The translations under genes were made by a program, and so were the position numbers. 44,502 bases of DNA, from the NCBI GenBank assembly GCA_014804185.1, contig JAAVAG010000156.1:1-44502 (forward strand), read 5' to 3'. The DNA comes from Lachnospiraceae bacterium. Its GTDB lineage: Bacteria > Bacillota > Clostridia > Lachnospirales > Lachnospiraceae. The notes under the pieces are model-generated. The model made no database searches and was not told where the DNA came from. It saw only the letters and a list, made by a program, of their open reading frames with translations. This document shows positions 16,003 to 25,679 of this stretch, piece by piece. The stretch's first letter is position 1. Every line of letters starts with the position of its first letter.

Positions 16003-18396
16003 TCACAGCTTTTCCTCCAGTTCCTCCAAAGATGCATAGCCGTACAGGTGAGCTGTATTCTCCATGGTCATCCGCGCCAGATTGCCCCCTGCCTGCATGA
16101 TTCCCGCAATATGTCTGCCGTACAGATCCAGTGTCTCGTCCGAATAAGTTCCCATCTCACCGCGCAGATAAGTCTCGTAGGAAGTATTGTACAGATTATC
16201 CTCCGCCGTGTGAATGCTTCTGGCACAGGACGCCGCTTTGGGAAACCTGGCCGCAAATTCCTCCATCCAGCCCACCTGTACTGACACGATAGCCTCGATG
16301 ATTTCCTTTTTCGCCTCCGGCAGCACAGGCAGATTTTCCCTGATCCGGGCATATCCGGCGGGATCGGTGCTCTCCATCATCCTGCCGTACTTTTCCGTAA
16401 TCAGGTTCCAGCCCTTTTGATTGGCCACGTGAAAATCGTGAATATAACTGCGCAGCATCTCTTCCGTCCATGTCTGATACTGGCTCTTTCTCATAATGGA
16501 AAAGGTTCCCCAGTCATCCTGACAGTCCGCCCGGCCGCCCTCGTTCTTCACCTGATCAAACGCCTCCCACTCCAGTTTTACCAGTGCGTTCACCAGTTCG
16601 CTCTTAAGATCCGCCGGTGTTTCCGGTTTCTGCGGGATACTTTTCAGAATGTTGTCCGTGTGATGATCCAGATAGTTGTCCTCTCCGGAAGTCAGTCCCT
16701 GTTTTTTCATCTCCGCAATCACCAGCGCCACAATATTTTCAATGATCTGCGGAATTTTCGCATCCCCCGCGGGCAGCTGCGCCAGCATCGAAAGCAGTTC
16801 CCTGACCGGCTGCAAAAGCGGCAGATTTTCCGTTCCACGGTACATCCATTTATAAAAAGGCGCATATCTCCTGTTCAGCAGATACATCATAAACATAGTG
16901 CGTTTCATAAACTCCGCCAGAGCGATCTGTGCCGTCACAATATCGCCCCTCCCTGCCATGCGGGAGTAATTATACTGACCGGACTGCGCCATCAGCGCCG
17001 CCTCCCTGGCGATCTTTTTCACACAGGCCTCCAGGGGATAATGTTTTAACAATCCCTTTCTGATCCGGGTAAATTCCCCCAGATCGTCCCGGAATACCTT
17101 TCCGTTGGTGGCCGCGGCAAATTGATAGTCCTCAATATACAGCCATTGATTCTGAGTGGTGGGGATGTCCGGCTGACCGATCAGCCGCTCATAGAAATCC
17201 CGTATCCGGAAGACCCCTACCCGCCTGGGCGCTTTCGGCGTCTCCCATCTGGTCACACCCATATATGTCTTCGGAAGTCTGTCATAGGCCTCCTGCAGCT
17301 TTTCCCCGATTTCGTCATAGACCTGTTCCGTCAGCCACATGCAGAACCCCGGTCCGAAATCATGATCTCTGGAAATAATGTCGTCGAAACCGAAGCATTC
17401 GGAGCCTTCCCCCACCAGACCTGTGGCGATCACTTTTTCATACTGCGGAAACTGGCTCCGAATCATGGGAATCCCATATTCTCTATAGAAATCCTCACAC
17501 AGCTGCATACCCTTTTCATATTGTCTGACGATGGCCGGAAACGCACACGCCGCTTTCTGATCCAGCTGACTGCCGCTCATTTTATCCGGCACACCGCTTT
17601 TTTCCTGCAGTTTTGCCCGCACCTGCTCCAGATTCTCCCGGATGGTCTGCACAGACCTGCTCTCTCCTGTATTTTTTTCTGCCTCTTTCAGCGCTTCTTC
17701 ATAGTAATATGCTGCAGCGCGCAGATCGCCCTGTGTATATTTAACCTCGGCCATGGATGCCAGTGCGCCGCTGTAATGAAAATCTCTCTCCTCGTCCATG
17801 TCAAACAGAGCAAAGGCTCTCTCCAGATCCGCCTCCGCCTCCCTGACCCTGTTCATTTTCAACTTAGTATTTGCCAGATTGGTAAAGGTCACCGCCGTCT
17901 CGATTCGGGCATCCGGATTCTGCATCGCAATCCGAAGGGCATTTTCCAGACAGACGCATCCCTTTTTATAATCTCCCATCTCCTGATATAACAGGCTCAT
18001 ATTGTTATACAGGCTGGCGTAACGCATATCGTTTGCGTCAAGCTGCCCGTCATAGAGGGAAAATACCGTTCTGTAATATTCCATGGACTCCTCCAGCAGG
18101 CCGGCCGCCCTGCATAAGGTCGCCACATTCAGCAGCGTGGTTGCAAAAGGAATACCGTCCGTCATGCCCAGCGACTGCATCAGCTTCATCACTCTTTGGC
18201 AGTAGGACAATCCCTCCTCGAATTTACCAGCGGTCCTGCAGTATCCGATCATTTCATTCATCAGCGTGACGGCGCACTGCGTATCTCCCTCCGCAAGGGC
18301 GCGCTCGATATTGTTTTCCATAAAATATTCTGCCTGCTGTATCTGATGCTGCTCAAACAAAGCATCCAGTTCCTGCAATAATTGATTTACATTCAT
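16003..18396 (-). CDS. TPR + pol-beta-type nucleotidyltransferase/DUF4037-like + DUF4125-like fusion protein
   Basis: TPR-like helices in the first ~260 aa (YASLYNNMSLLY); GEGS-x11-DHD NTase motif; NRRYAPFYKW; C-terminal EWEAFDQVKNEGGRADCQDD...TSYETYLRGE. Confidence 0.8.
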   Translation of the reverse strand: MNVNQLLQELDALFEQHQIQQAEYFMENNIERALAEGDTQCAVTLMNEMIGYCRTAGKFEEGLSYCQRVMKLMQSLGMTDGIPFATTLLNVATLCRAAGLLEESMEYYRTVFSLYDGQLDANDMRYASLYNNMSLLYQEMGDYKKGCVCLENALRIAMQNPDARIETAVTFTNLANTKLKMNRVREAEADLERAFALFDMDEERDFHYSGALASMAEVKYTQGDLRAAAYYYEEALKEAEKNTGESRSVQTIRENLEQVRAKLQEKSGVPDKMSGSQLDQKAACAFPAIVRQYEKGMQLCEDFYREYGIPMIRSQFPQYEKVIATGLVGEGSECFGFDDIISRDHDFGPGFCMWLTEQVYDEIGEKLQEAYDRLPKTYMGVTRWETPKAPRRVGVFRIRDFYERLIGQPDIPTTQNQWLYIEDYQFAAATNGKVFRDDLGEFTRIRKGLLKHYPLEACVKKIAREAALMAQSGQYNYSRMAGRGDIVTAQIALAEFMKRTMFMMYLLNRRYAPFYKWMYRGTENLPLLQPVRELLSMLAQLPAGDAKIPQIIENIVALVIAEMKKQGLTSGEDNYLDHHTDNILKSIPQKPETPADLKSELVNALVKLEWEAFDQVKNEGGRADCQDDWGTFSIMRKSQYQTWTEEMLRSYIHDFHVANQKGWNLITEKYGRMMESTDPAGYARIRENLPVLPEAKKEIIEAIVSVQVGWMEEFAARFPKAASCARSIHTAEDNLYNTSYETYLRGEMGTYSDETLDLYGRHIAGIMQAGGNLARMTMENTAHLYGYASLEELEEKL

Positions 18397-18492
18397 ATAG
18401 ATTACCTGCCTTTCTATCTCTATATTTTACCACCGTTTGCGCAGGATAGCTTCATTTTATGAAAATTTTACGAATGGGCGTGCGCTGAACCG

Positions 18493-19392
18493 TTATGACT
18501 TCATAGACATTTCCACGCAGAACATATCTTCCTCCAGCCGTGCGCGGATCTCCCCTCCCATTTTCTCTGCCAGACTCCTTGCGATAGAAAGTCCCAGTCC
18601 CGTGGAAGCAGTGTTTCCTCTTGCGTTTTCCGCCTTATAAAACTGCTCAAAGACACGTTCCATATCAATGTCCTTCGGCCGCTTTACCCGGTTTATGCAG
18701 CGGAAAATCACCCGGCCGTTGTCTTCCCCAAGCCATAGTCTGATTTCCCCATCTCCGTGTTCCAGCGCATTTTTTATCATATTGTGGACGATTCTGCTGA
18801 CGGCGCTGCGGCTGCAGTTTACCCACACCGGACGCTCCACAAAGTCCACTTCGGGAGAAATGTTCGTTTTTTGAAACTCCCCATAAAAGGAAAAAACCGC
18901 CTCGCAGACAATCTGCGTTATGTTTTCCCGGTCCATCTCCAGCCTGTAACTGTCATTCTGCAGCTTCGCGAACAAAAACAATTCCTCCAGCAGCTTTCCC
19001 AGAATTTCCACCCTCCCCTGGATGACCCCCATATACCGTTTCCTCTCCGCCTCATCCTGACTTTCTTTCAGAAGCTGCAGATAACCGTCCATGGATGTCA
19101 GCGGCGTCCGGATATCGTGGGCAAGATTGGTGATCGTCTGCTTGAGCCTTTCCTCCTGTTTCTGATACTCGCACACCTTTTCCCTGGCAAGGATACGCAG
19201 ATCGTTCATATGTCCCGTCAGTTCCACGATCTCCCTGCAGGATAGAGAGGAGGTCAAAAGCATATTGGTATCGTTCTGCTCCAGAAACGACATCTGGCGG
19301 CAGATCTTTACAATCTGCCGCCTGTATGAAATGTATAAAACCGTCATCAGAAAAAATCCCGCCGCCAGGAAAACCGTCAAAACCTCTCTCAT
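18493..19392 (-). CDS. Small intramembrane-type sensor histidine kinase
   Basis: Single N-terminal TM, AHDIRTP, NALEHG, STGLGL. Confidence 0.9.
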   Translation of the reverse strand: MREVLTVFLAAGFFLMTVLYISYRRQIVKICRQMSFLEQNDTNMLLTSSLSCREIVELTGHMNDLRILAREKVCEYQKQEERLKQTITNLAHDIRTPLTSMDGYLQLLKESQDEAERKRYMGVIQGRVEILGKLLEELFLFAKLQNDSYRLEMDRENITQIVCEAVFSFYGEFQKTNISPEVDFVERPVWVNCSRSAVSRIVHNMIKNALEHGDGEIRLWLGEDNGRVIFRCINRVKRPKDIDMERVFEQFYKAENARGNTASTGLGLSIARSLAEKMGGEIRARLEEDMFCVEMSMKS

Positions 19393-20183
19393 ATCATATC
19401 TCTCTTTTCTGTCAGGATACCTCCCAGCACACTGTACAGCACAAGCCAGACTGCCCCCACCGCTGCGCCGAATGCCAGCAATCCGCCGCTGCTGTTATAA
19501 AACAGAGTACCCGCGTGATAAACTACCTGATATTCTTCCAGATGCTCCGGCAGCCAGGCAAACCTGGAGATCAGAAGCTGCGTTATCATCCATCCTATAC
19601 CTCCGGCCAGAATGATGGAAGTGGCAATGCTGATCACACTGCTTCGAGTCAGAGTGACAAGAAACGCCGCTCCTGCCGCAAACGCCATCTCCAATACCAG
19701 CATAACCGCCATATACGCACAGGCACTTCCCAAAATGGAAAAACCGGCCGCTGCACCCGGAACCATAACAAAGAGAGAAACCGCCGTAAAGACAATCTGT
19801 ACCAGCATGCCAAGCAGGATAAAAATCAGGACAGCGGCATACTTTGCAATATACATCTGCCAGCGCAGACCAGATCTGCCGGCCAGGTTTTTGATAAAAC
19901 CTGATGTCTCCTCCCCATGAAAATACAGTACGACAAATATACTCAGAAATATCAGAAAATAATTGCCCTGCATTTCACCGCAGATCACCTCCGGAACCAA
20001 AATCTCTCTGCTCTCCTCTTCCTGGCTGATCTCCGACCTGCTGCTTTCAAAATCCTTTACATTCTGATCCACAAACTCAAGATAAACACTCAAAATACAC
20101 ATAGCAGCCGTAATCAAAAGCAGGATCCATACGCATTTTGTGCGCATCACCCGGTACAGATTCATTTTAATCAGATTAAGCAT
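19389..20183 (-). CDS. ABC-2-type permease (antimicrobial-peptide resistance type)
   Basis: About six TM segments; EETSGFIKN motif; RBS GGAGGTG; coupled to the ATPase stop. Confidence 0.85.
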   Translation of the reverse strand: MLNLIKMNLYRVMRTKCVWILLLITAAMCILSVYLEFVDQNVKDFESSRSEISQEEESREILVPEVICGEMQGNYFLIFLSIFVVLYFHGEETSGFIKNLAGRSGLRWQMYIAKYAAVLIFILLGMLVQIVFTAVSLFVMVPGAAAGFSILGSACAYMAVMLVLEMAFAAGAAFLVTLTRSSVISIATSIILAGGIGWMITQLLISRFAWLPEHLEEYQVVYHAGTLFYNSSGGLLAFGAAVGAVWLVLYSVLGGILTEKRDMI

Positions 20184-21090
20184 TTGCGGCACCTCCTGTC
20201 AACTCCAGAAAATATTCTTCCAGACTTTCTCTGACAATCTGTATGGACTCCACCATACATCCCTGCTTCGACAGCTTCAGATTGATCTCACCGCTTCTGC
20301 CTGGCATCTCATATACATGGATAGTGTCCGGCGCCGCCACTTTATAGTTCTGTATGCCCATGTCCTCCAGCACGATACATGCCCGGCGCGTATCCGCAAG
20401 ACAGATTTTAATACAGTCGCTGCACTTTTCCTCCAGCTGTTTTCTGGAGAGTTCCTGTATCAGCGTCCCTTTATGAATGATCCCAAAGGTATCCGCCACT
20501 TTATACAACTCTTCCAGAATGTGGCTGGAAATCATAACCGTAATATTCTTTTCCCGGTTCAGCCGCCTGACGGTCTCCCGGATCTCAGCGATACCCTGCG
20601 GATCCAGTCCGTTGACAGGTTCGTCCAAAAGCAGCAGATCCGGCTCCCCAAGCAGAGCCATTCCGATCCCGAGACGCTGCTTCATGCCCAGTGAAAATTT
20701 CTTTACTTTTTTCCTTCCCACATCGCCAAGTCCCACTGTCTCCAGTATTTCTTCAATATATCCTTTTCTGTGGATCCCCATGGCAATATATTTGCACATC
20801 AGGTTTTCATACGCCGTCATATTGGGATACAGTCCGGGCATCTCGATCAGATTGCCGATGCGTTCCTGCATTTTTCCCACATCTTTTCCCGTCCTCCCAA
20901 ACAGACTGTACTCCCCCGAAGTAGGCGCCGCCAAACCGCACAATATTTTCATGCATGTGGTTTTTCCCGCGCCGTTTCTGCCGATAAACCCGTAAATTTC
21001 ACCCTTTTTGACATGCAGGGTCAGACTGTCCAGCGCACGTTCCTTTTTATATACCTTTGTCAGGCAGTTTGTACTGACAATCGTATCCAT
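20176..21090 (-). CDS. ABC ATPase, BcrA/LanF type
   Basis: GRNGAGKT, FSLGMKQRLG, LDEPVNGLD, SSHILEE. Confidence 0.92.
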   Translation of the reverse strand: MDTIVSTNCLTKVYKKERALDSLTLHVKKGEIYGFIGRNGAGKTTCMKILCGLAAPTSGEYSLFGRTGKDVGKMQERIGNLIEMPGLYPNMTAYENLMCKYIAMGIHRKGYIEEILETVGLGDVGRKKVKKFSLGMKQRLGIGMALLGEPDLLLLDEPVNGLDPQGIAEIRETVRRLNREKNITVMISSHILEELYKVADTFGIIHKGTLIQELSRKQLEEKCSDCIKICLADTRRACIVLEDMGIQNYKVAAPDTIHVYEMPGRSGEINLKLSKQGCMVESIQIVRESLEEYFLELTGGAANA

Positions 21091-21152
21091 CCCTCACCCT
21101 TCCTTTCCTGTTGATTCTTTGGTCCGTTCCGCGGTACTCGGGCCATGCTGTT

Positions 21153-21207
21153 ATTCTAACAGGAACTTTTCAAGCAATCGCCAAGAAAAGGTAAAGAAAG
21201 ATTAAAG
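21153..21207 (-). promoter_or_regulatory. Internal promoter with 11-bp direct repeats (probable response-regulator site)
   Basis: CTTTAATCTTT-CTTTACCTTTT-CTT upstream of TG-T-TAGAAT on the minus strand. Confidence 0.55.
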
Positions 21208-21208
21208 T

Positions 21209-21880
21209 TCATTCCTCCGCCAGCCGGAACCCGATTCCCCAAACGGTTTCAATATAATCTCCTCCCCCGGCTTTCTTTATCTTCTGACGGATATTGCTGA
21301 TATGCACGTTGATGGTTTTGTCCTCTCCCATATAGTAATCTTCCCATGCACACTGATAAATTTCATTCTTAGTATAAACCTTTTCCGGATGTTCCAGAAA
21401 AAGTTCCAAAATCCGGTATTCTCTCCCTGTAAGCGGCACTGCTCTGTCTCCCAGGGTCACTTTTTTCTTTTCACGGTTCATGCACAGATCTTTATAGGTA
21501 AGTTCCGTTTTCTCCGCCGCAGGGGGATGGCGCAGCCGTGCATGTATGCGCGCCTCCAACTCCGCAATCGCAAAGGGTTTTGTCATGTAATCGTCTGCTC
21601 CCAGGGTGAGCAGTTCCACCTTGCTGTCCAGTTCATCCTTTGCGGAAAGCACAATGACGGGAGAGAGAGTTTTCTTTCTGATCTCCCGCAGAACTTCCTC
21701 CCCGGACAGTCCCGGCAGCATCAAATCCAGTACGATAAGATCAAATTTCCGCTCCCGCAGGTGCAGCAGGGCCTCCGTGCCCGAATAGGCGCCTGTGACG
21801 GAATATCCTTTCCTCCCCAGGGCCTCCCGCAGCATTGCGTTTATGTTATTATCATCTTCCACAATCAATATTTCCGCCAT
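21209..21880 (-). CDS. OmpR-family response regulator
   Basis: IVEDD, LDLMLP, DDYMTKPF, IETVWGIGF. Confidence 0.93.
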   Translation of the reverse strand: MAEILIVEDDNNINAMLREALGRKGYSVTGAYSGTEALLHLRERKFDLIVLDLMLPGLSGEEVLREIRKKTLSPVIVLSAKDELDSKVELLTLGADDYMTKPFAIAELEARIHARLRHPPAAEKTELTYKDLCMNREKKKVTLGDRAVPLTGREYRILELFLEHPEKVYTKNEIYQCAWEDYYMGEDKTINVHISNIRQKIKKAGGGDYIETVWGIGFRLAEE

Positions 21881-21932
21881 AATTCCTCTCGATCCACCGT
21901 TTTAAAATGTATGAATATGCTTTCCCTTTTTA

Positions 21933-22661
21933 TTAAACATAAGGATGGCGCGCAGAGCGTGACATCCGCTGTTTTTTCCACGGGCGCTCTTTCTCTGTCC
22001 AGCCTTTGCCTTTCCAATAGTCCATGTCCGCCTTATTGAAGCCGTGTTTCTGTACCTGGCGCATGACAGAAAAAAAGAGTTTTGTTTTAAGCGATGGTTT
22101 GACACGCCCCTGGTTTTTTGAAATGTTCTTTGCCAGTGCGGAAAGCTTCTTCTCTATTCGCTGTTTCTTCTGTTTGCTGACCCGCTCCCATGAGGTTTCC
22201 GCCACGGCAACGCCGTATGTATAGATCCTTGCCGCACCCCACCAAAAAGCACTGTCCGCCATATCCCGGTTCGTGCTTTTTATTCCTGCTCCTGCGGCGG
22301 TGGAAATACAAACGGCCTGCTTGGAAAACATCTTTTCCTCCGGCCGGTGCACCATCCAGCGCCAGCCGTAATGGTCAAGCAGTGCTTTCATTGCACCGGT
22401 TGCGTGGTACACATAGACAGGACTTGCAAGAATCAGCACATCCGCTTCATCGATTGCGTTTGTAATGTGTAAGAGTTTTTCATAATGAGGACATTTTTCC
22501 TCCGATTCCACAAAACAGGAGGTACAACCGACGCAGAACTCGCCGAAGTCTCTCGGCAGGAATATTTCCGTTATTTCACCACTGAGCTTTTCCGCCAGAC
22601 TGTGTGCGATATGATAGGTAGAACCTTTGTGACTCTGTCCGTGTATGACTGTAATCTTCAT
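21933..22661 (-). CDS. Flavodoxin-like / iron-sulfur flavoprotein (NADPH-dependent FMN reductase family)
   Basis: HGQSHKGST, CVGCTSC...C, LASPVY. Confidence 0.85.
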   Translation of the reverse strand: MKITVIHGQSHKGSTYHIAHSLAEKLSGEITEIFLPRDFGEFCVGCTSCFVESEEKCPHYEKLLHITNAIDEADVLILASPVYVYHATGAMKALLDHYGWRWMVHRPEEKMFSKQAVCISTAAGAGIKSTNRDMADSAFWWGAARIYTYGVAVAETSWERVSKQKKQRIEKKLSALAKNISKNQGRVKPSLKTKLFFSVMRQVQKHGFNKADMDYWKGKGWTEKERPWKKQRMSRSARHPYV

Positions 22662-22708
22662 ATTGTTGCCTCGCTAAATTTTTCCATCCCGGTAAACCGC
22701 AACCTACT

Positions 22709-23470
22709 CTACTCAATATACTTTTTAACTGACCGCAGCCATACACGCATAATCCATTTATGCGGATAAAATTTTGAAAAGAACTGCATCATTTTCACAT
22801 AAGCGCTGTATACGGAAATGTCTCTGCCTTTCTTCGCATCCCTGATGGTCTTTACAGCGACATCATCCGGTTCTGCCAGATGTGGAAATTTTATTTTATG
22901 CCCGTTCATTTCTGTTTGTAATAAATCCGTTTTAATCCATCCCGGACAGGCAACCGTCACAACAATTCCTCTCTCTTTCAGTTCCATATTTAAAGCCCTT
23001 GAATAAGAACAGCAAAATGCCTTTGATGCCGCATAGAGATTGATATATGCTACCGGCTGAAATGCAGACTGCGATGCGACGTTAATGATATGGCTTCCCT
23101 TTTTCATATACGGAATACATATATTACAAAGAACAGCCATTGAAGTATTATGTGTATTAATATGAGATTCTATATCCTGTGCGGAAAAATCTGTTGAGCG
23201 TGCCATTCTGCCTGATCCTGCATTATTCACCAAATACTTTATGGAGTATTCTTCTTTATTCAACTCACGCTTAATGATTTCCAAATTGGCTGTATTTGAT
23301 AAATCAACGGAATAGTCCCTGATTTTGACTCCAAAAGTTTCTTTTAAGCTGTTTAGTTTTTCACGATTCCGTCCAATCGCCCACACTTCATCAACTTCGT
23401 CAATCAAGTATTTTGTAAATGCTTTGCCAAGACCGCCGCTTGCACCTGTAATGATTGCCAGGTTCTTCAT
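22709..23470 (-). CDS. SDR-family oxidoreductase
   Basis: TGASGGLG, NNAG, YAASK. Confidence 0.92.
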   Translation of the reverse strand: MKNLAIITGASGGLGKAFTKYLIDEVDEVWAIGRNREKLNSLKETFGVKIRDYSVDLSNTANLEIIKRELNKEEYSIKYLVNNAGSGRMARSTDFSAQDIESHINTHNTSMAVLCNICIPYMKKGSHIINVASQSAFQPVAYINLYAASKAFCCSYSRALNMELKERGIVVTVACPGWIKTDLLQTEMNGHKIKFPHLAEPDDVAVKTIRDAKKGRDISVYSAYVKMMQFFSKFYPHKWIMRVWLRSVKKYIE

Positions 23471-23511
23471 AAAATCAGTGCTCCTCTCATAGATTTTTCA
23501 GGAATGTAATT

Positions 23512-23556
23512 ATTATAGCACTTCAAATTGAAAACAGTAAAAAAGATTATTATAAT
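23512..23556. promoter_or_regulatory. Overlapping divergent promoters (SDR / permease-M64)
   Basis: Plus strand TTGAAA(23528)-17-TATAAT(23551); minus strand TG-C-TATAAT at 23512-23520. Confidence 0.65.
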
Positions 23557-23585
23557 GAAGATAACACGATTAGAAAAAGGAGACA

Positions 23586-25634
23586 ATGATGAAACAGCAG
23601 TTTTTAGAAGAATGGAACAAGTTCATACATGCATGGTCTGTAAGAATTGTTTTTCTGCTGTTTCTGGCCGGGGCGGTCATTGCGGCGGCAGTTTCGGATT
23701 TCACGGGATACGTGGCGCCTTTTATGGAATGGTACTGGGGAAGCATGGGTCCGATACTGTTTGCCGTCGTTGTGGCAGGACAAGTGGCCGGGGAATATCA
23801 AAACAGCAGGGCCGCAAAGGCTGCTGCTGAAACAAAAAAAGGGCAATATTTCGCAGCAAAAGTTATGGGACTTTTCAGCTTGTCGGCTCTCTTTTGCCTG
23901 ATGTATACGGCTGTATTCAGCCTGCTTTGCCATGTAAGAAATGGTGCGGGAAACGGATTTTTTTCTTACTATCCGTTGCAGTTGTCAGTCTTTTTGATAT
24001 GCAGAGTGCTCACTTACTGGATTTATACCGCAGTGTTTATTCTGATTGGAGTGTTGGTTCGCAGAAAGTTCTGGACATTTGCCCTGTCCTGCGGCGTCTC
24101 CTATCTGGAAATTTTCCTGTGGGCGTTACAGGAGAAAAATGGCAGGACGACGGCAGCAGGAGGACCGTGGGCTGCTGTGATGCAATTTGATAAATATTTT
24201 GGCAGGGCAAATTTCCTGTCTTATGATTATTTTATTCTGTTTGTGCCGGGCGTTTACGCAGGGGTGTTTGCCCTGATCATCGGATATTGTATTTATCGTC
24301 GGGGAAAATTGGAGACCAAATCACGCAGAAAACTCAGAAAACTTTTTTCCGGAACAACATCGGGACTTGCCATGATATCTGTCATGTTTTTACTTTTCGG
24401 GCAGGCCAATGTCTGTGCCGAAGAAAATGCGGCTTCTCATACCGGCCAGCAGTCCATGGAAAATGTGGGTGAACTGCGGCTTGTCTATGGGGACAGGAAT
24501 CTCGACGACAGCAATGCCTTTGTGCTCCTTTTCATGGCAGAAGGATTTACAGTAAACGAGCAGGAGAATTTCTTCAGGAACGTTGAAACTATGGCATCAG
24601 CACTTATGTGCATATCCCCTTATGATGAATTTGCAGATGTGACAAAAATATACGCTATCGGCACAATATCCGCACAGTCCGGGAGCAGAGGAGATAAGGC
24701 GGATACCTGGGAAGCGGCAAAATTGGATTCCAGAGATACCTTTTTTGAATCTCATTTTTGGGAAGGCGGGGTACAGCGGACACTGGCGCTCTCTTCGGAT
24801 GGGTTACAGAAGATGTATGAACTGAAACGGGAGTTTTTACCTGCGGCTGATTTCTGTGGTGTTATCATCAATTCCAGTCTTAACGGGGGAACAGCTTATT
24901 TTAACTGTCCTGCGGGAAATATCGTTCTTTCCTCACTGCGCATAGATACGCTGCCGCATGAACTGGCACATGCGATTGCAAAGCTCGCAGATGAATATGA
25001 CGAGAAAGGATATCGTAGTTTCTTTACGGCGCCTAATGCATCTCGGCAGTCAGATCCCCGAAAAGTGGAATGGGCGAAATATATCGGAATAGATGATATC
25101 AGCGTCTACCAGTTTACTTATAACAGCAGATGGTATCATCCCAGCATGACATGCATCATGCGTTCCAGCAATGCCGGAAAATTTTGCCAGGTGTGCGAGG
25201 ATGCGCTGCGCGAACAGATTGGTAAATACTGCGCAGAGAGCAGACTGCTTTTCCGCGGCTACGGAAAACAGGTTTTGGAGTCAAGGGCAGGAACAGATAT
25301 GCGGGAGTTTTTTGTAGTTCAAAAGAAGATCAGAAAGCTAAACAGTAATCGAATCCCAGAGGAACTTTTATTGTTAAAATACTATGACGAAGACAATGTT
25401 TTAATCGATGGATTACCCAAAAAAGCCGGCAATTATTATGTTGAGGCAGAGTTTCTTGGATACCAGGACGGAGATATTTTCTATGACCCCTGTAACCTGA
25501 AAGTATCCTATGAGATAAAGCCAGATTCCGCAAAGGTATTCTGGCTTTCAATAACGCCTCTTTTACTTGGAATTATGGTATGGATTGTGTGGCTGAAACG
25601 GTCGTTATTTTTCATGGGCAGAGGAAATAAGTAG
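23586..25634 (+). CDS. ABC-2-like membrane domain fused to an M64-family metallopeptidase with C-terminal TM anchor
   Basis: About six TMs in aa 1-240; internal signal-like segment ending ANVCA; AEGFT...SPYDEF; HELAHAIAKLADEY; CIMR...FCQVC; C-terminal hydrophobic helix plus basic tail. Confidence 0.8.
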   Translation: MMKQQFLEEWNKFIHAWSVRIVFLLFLAGAVIAAAVSDFTGYVAPFMEWYWGSMGPILFAVVVAGQVAGEYQNSRAAKAAAETKKGQYFAAKVMGLFSLSALFCLMYTAVFSLLCHVRNGAGNGFFSYYPLQLSVFLICRVLTYWIYTAVFILIGVLVRRKFWTFALSCGVSYLEIFLWALQEKNGRTTAAGGPWAAVMQFDKYFGRANFLSYDYFILFVPGVYAGVFALIIGYCIYRRGKLETKSRRKLRKLFSGTTSGLAMISVMFLLFGQANVCAEENAASHTGQQSMENVGELRLVYGDRNLDDSNAFVLLFMAEGFTVNEQENFFRNVETMASALMCISPYDEFADVTKIYAIGTISAQSGSRGDKADTWEAAKLDSRDTFFESHFWEGGVQRTLALSSDGLQKMYELKREFLPAADFCGVIINSSLNGGTAYFNCPAGNIVLSSLRIDTLPHELAHAIAKLADEYDEKGYRSFFTAPNASRQSDPRKVEWAKYIGIDDISVYQFTYNSRWYHPSMTCIMRSSNAGKFCQVCEDALREQIGKYCAESRLLFRGYGKQVLESRAGTDMREFFVVQKKIRKLNSNRIPEELLLLKYYDEDNVLIDGLPKKAGNYYVEAEFLGYQDGDIFYDPCNLKVSYEIKPDSAKVFWLSITPLLLGIMVWIVWLKRSLFFMGRGNK

Positions 25635-25643
25635 GAACTAAAC

Positions 25644-25679
25644 ATAAGGGTTGAGTTGCAATAACTCAGCCCTTATTTT
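25644..25679. terminator. Terminator between convergent genes
   Basis: ATAAGGGTTGAGTT-GCAAT-AACTCAGCCCTTAT-TTT. Confidence 0.8.
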
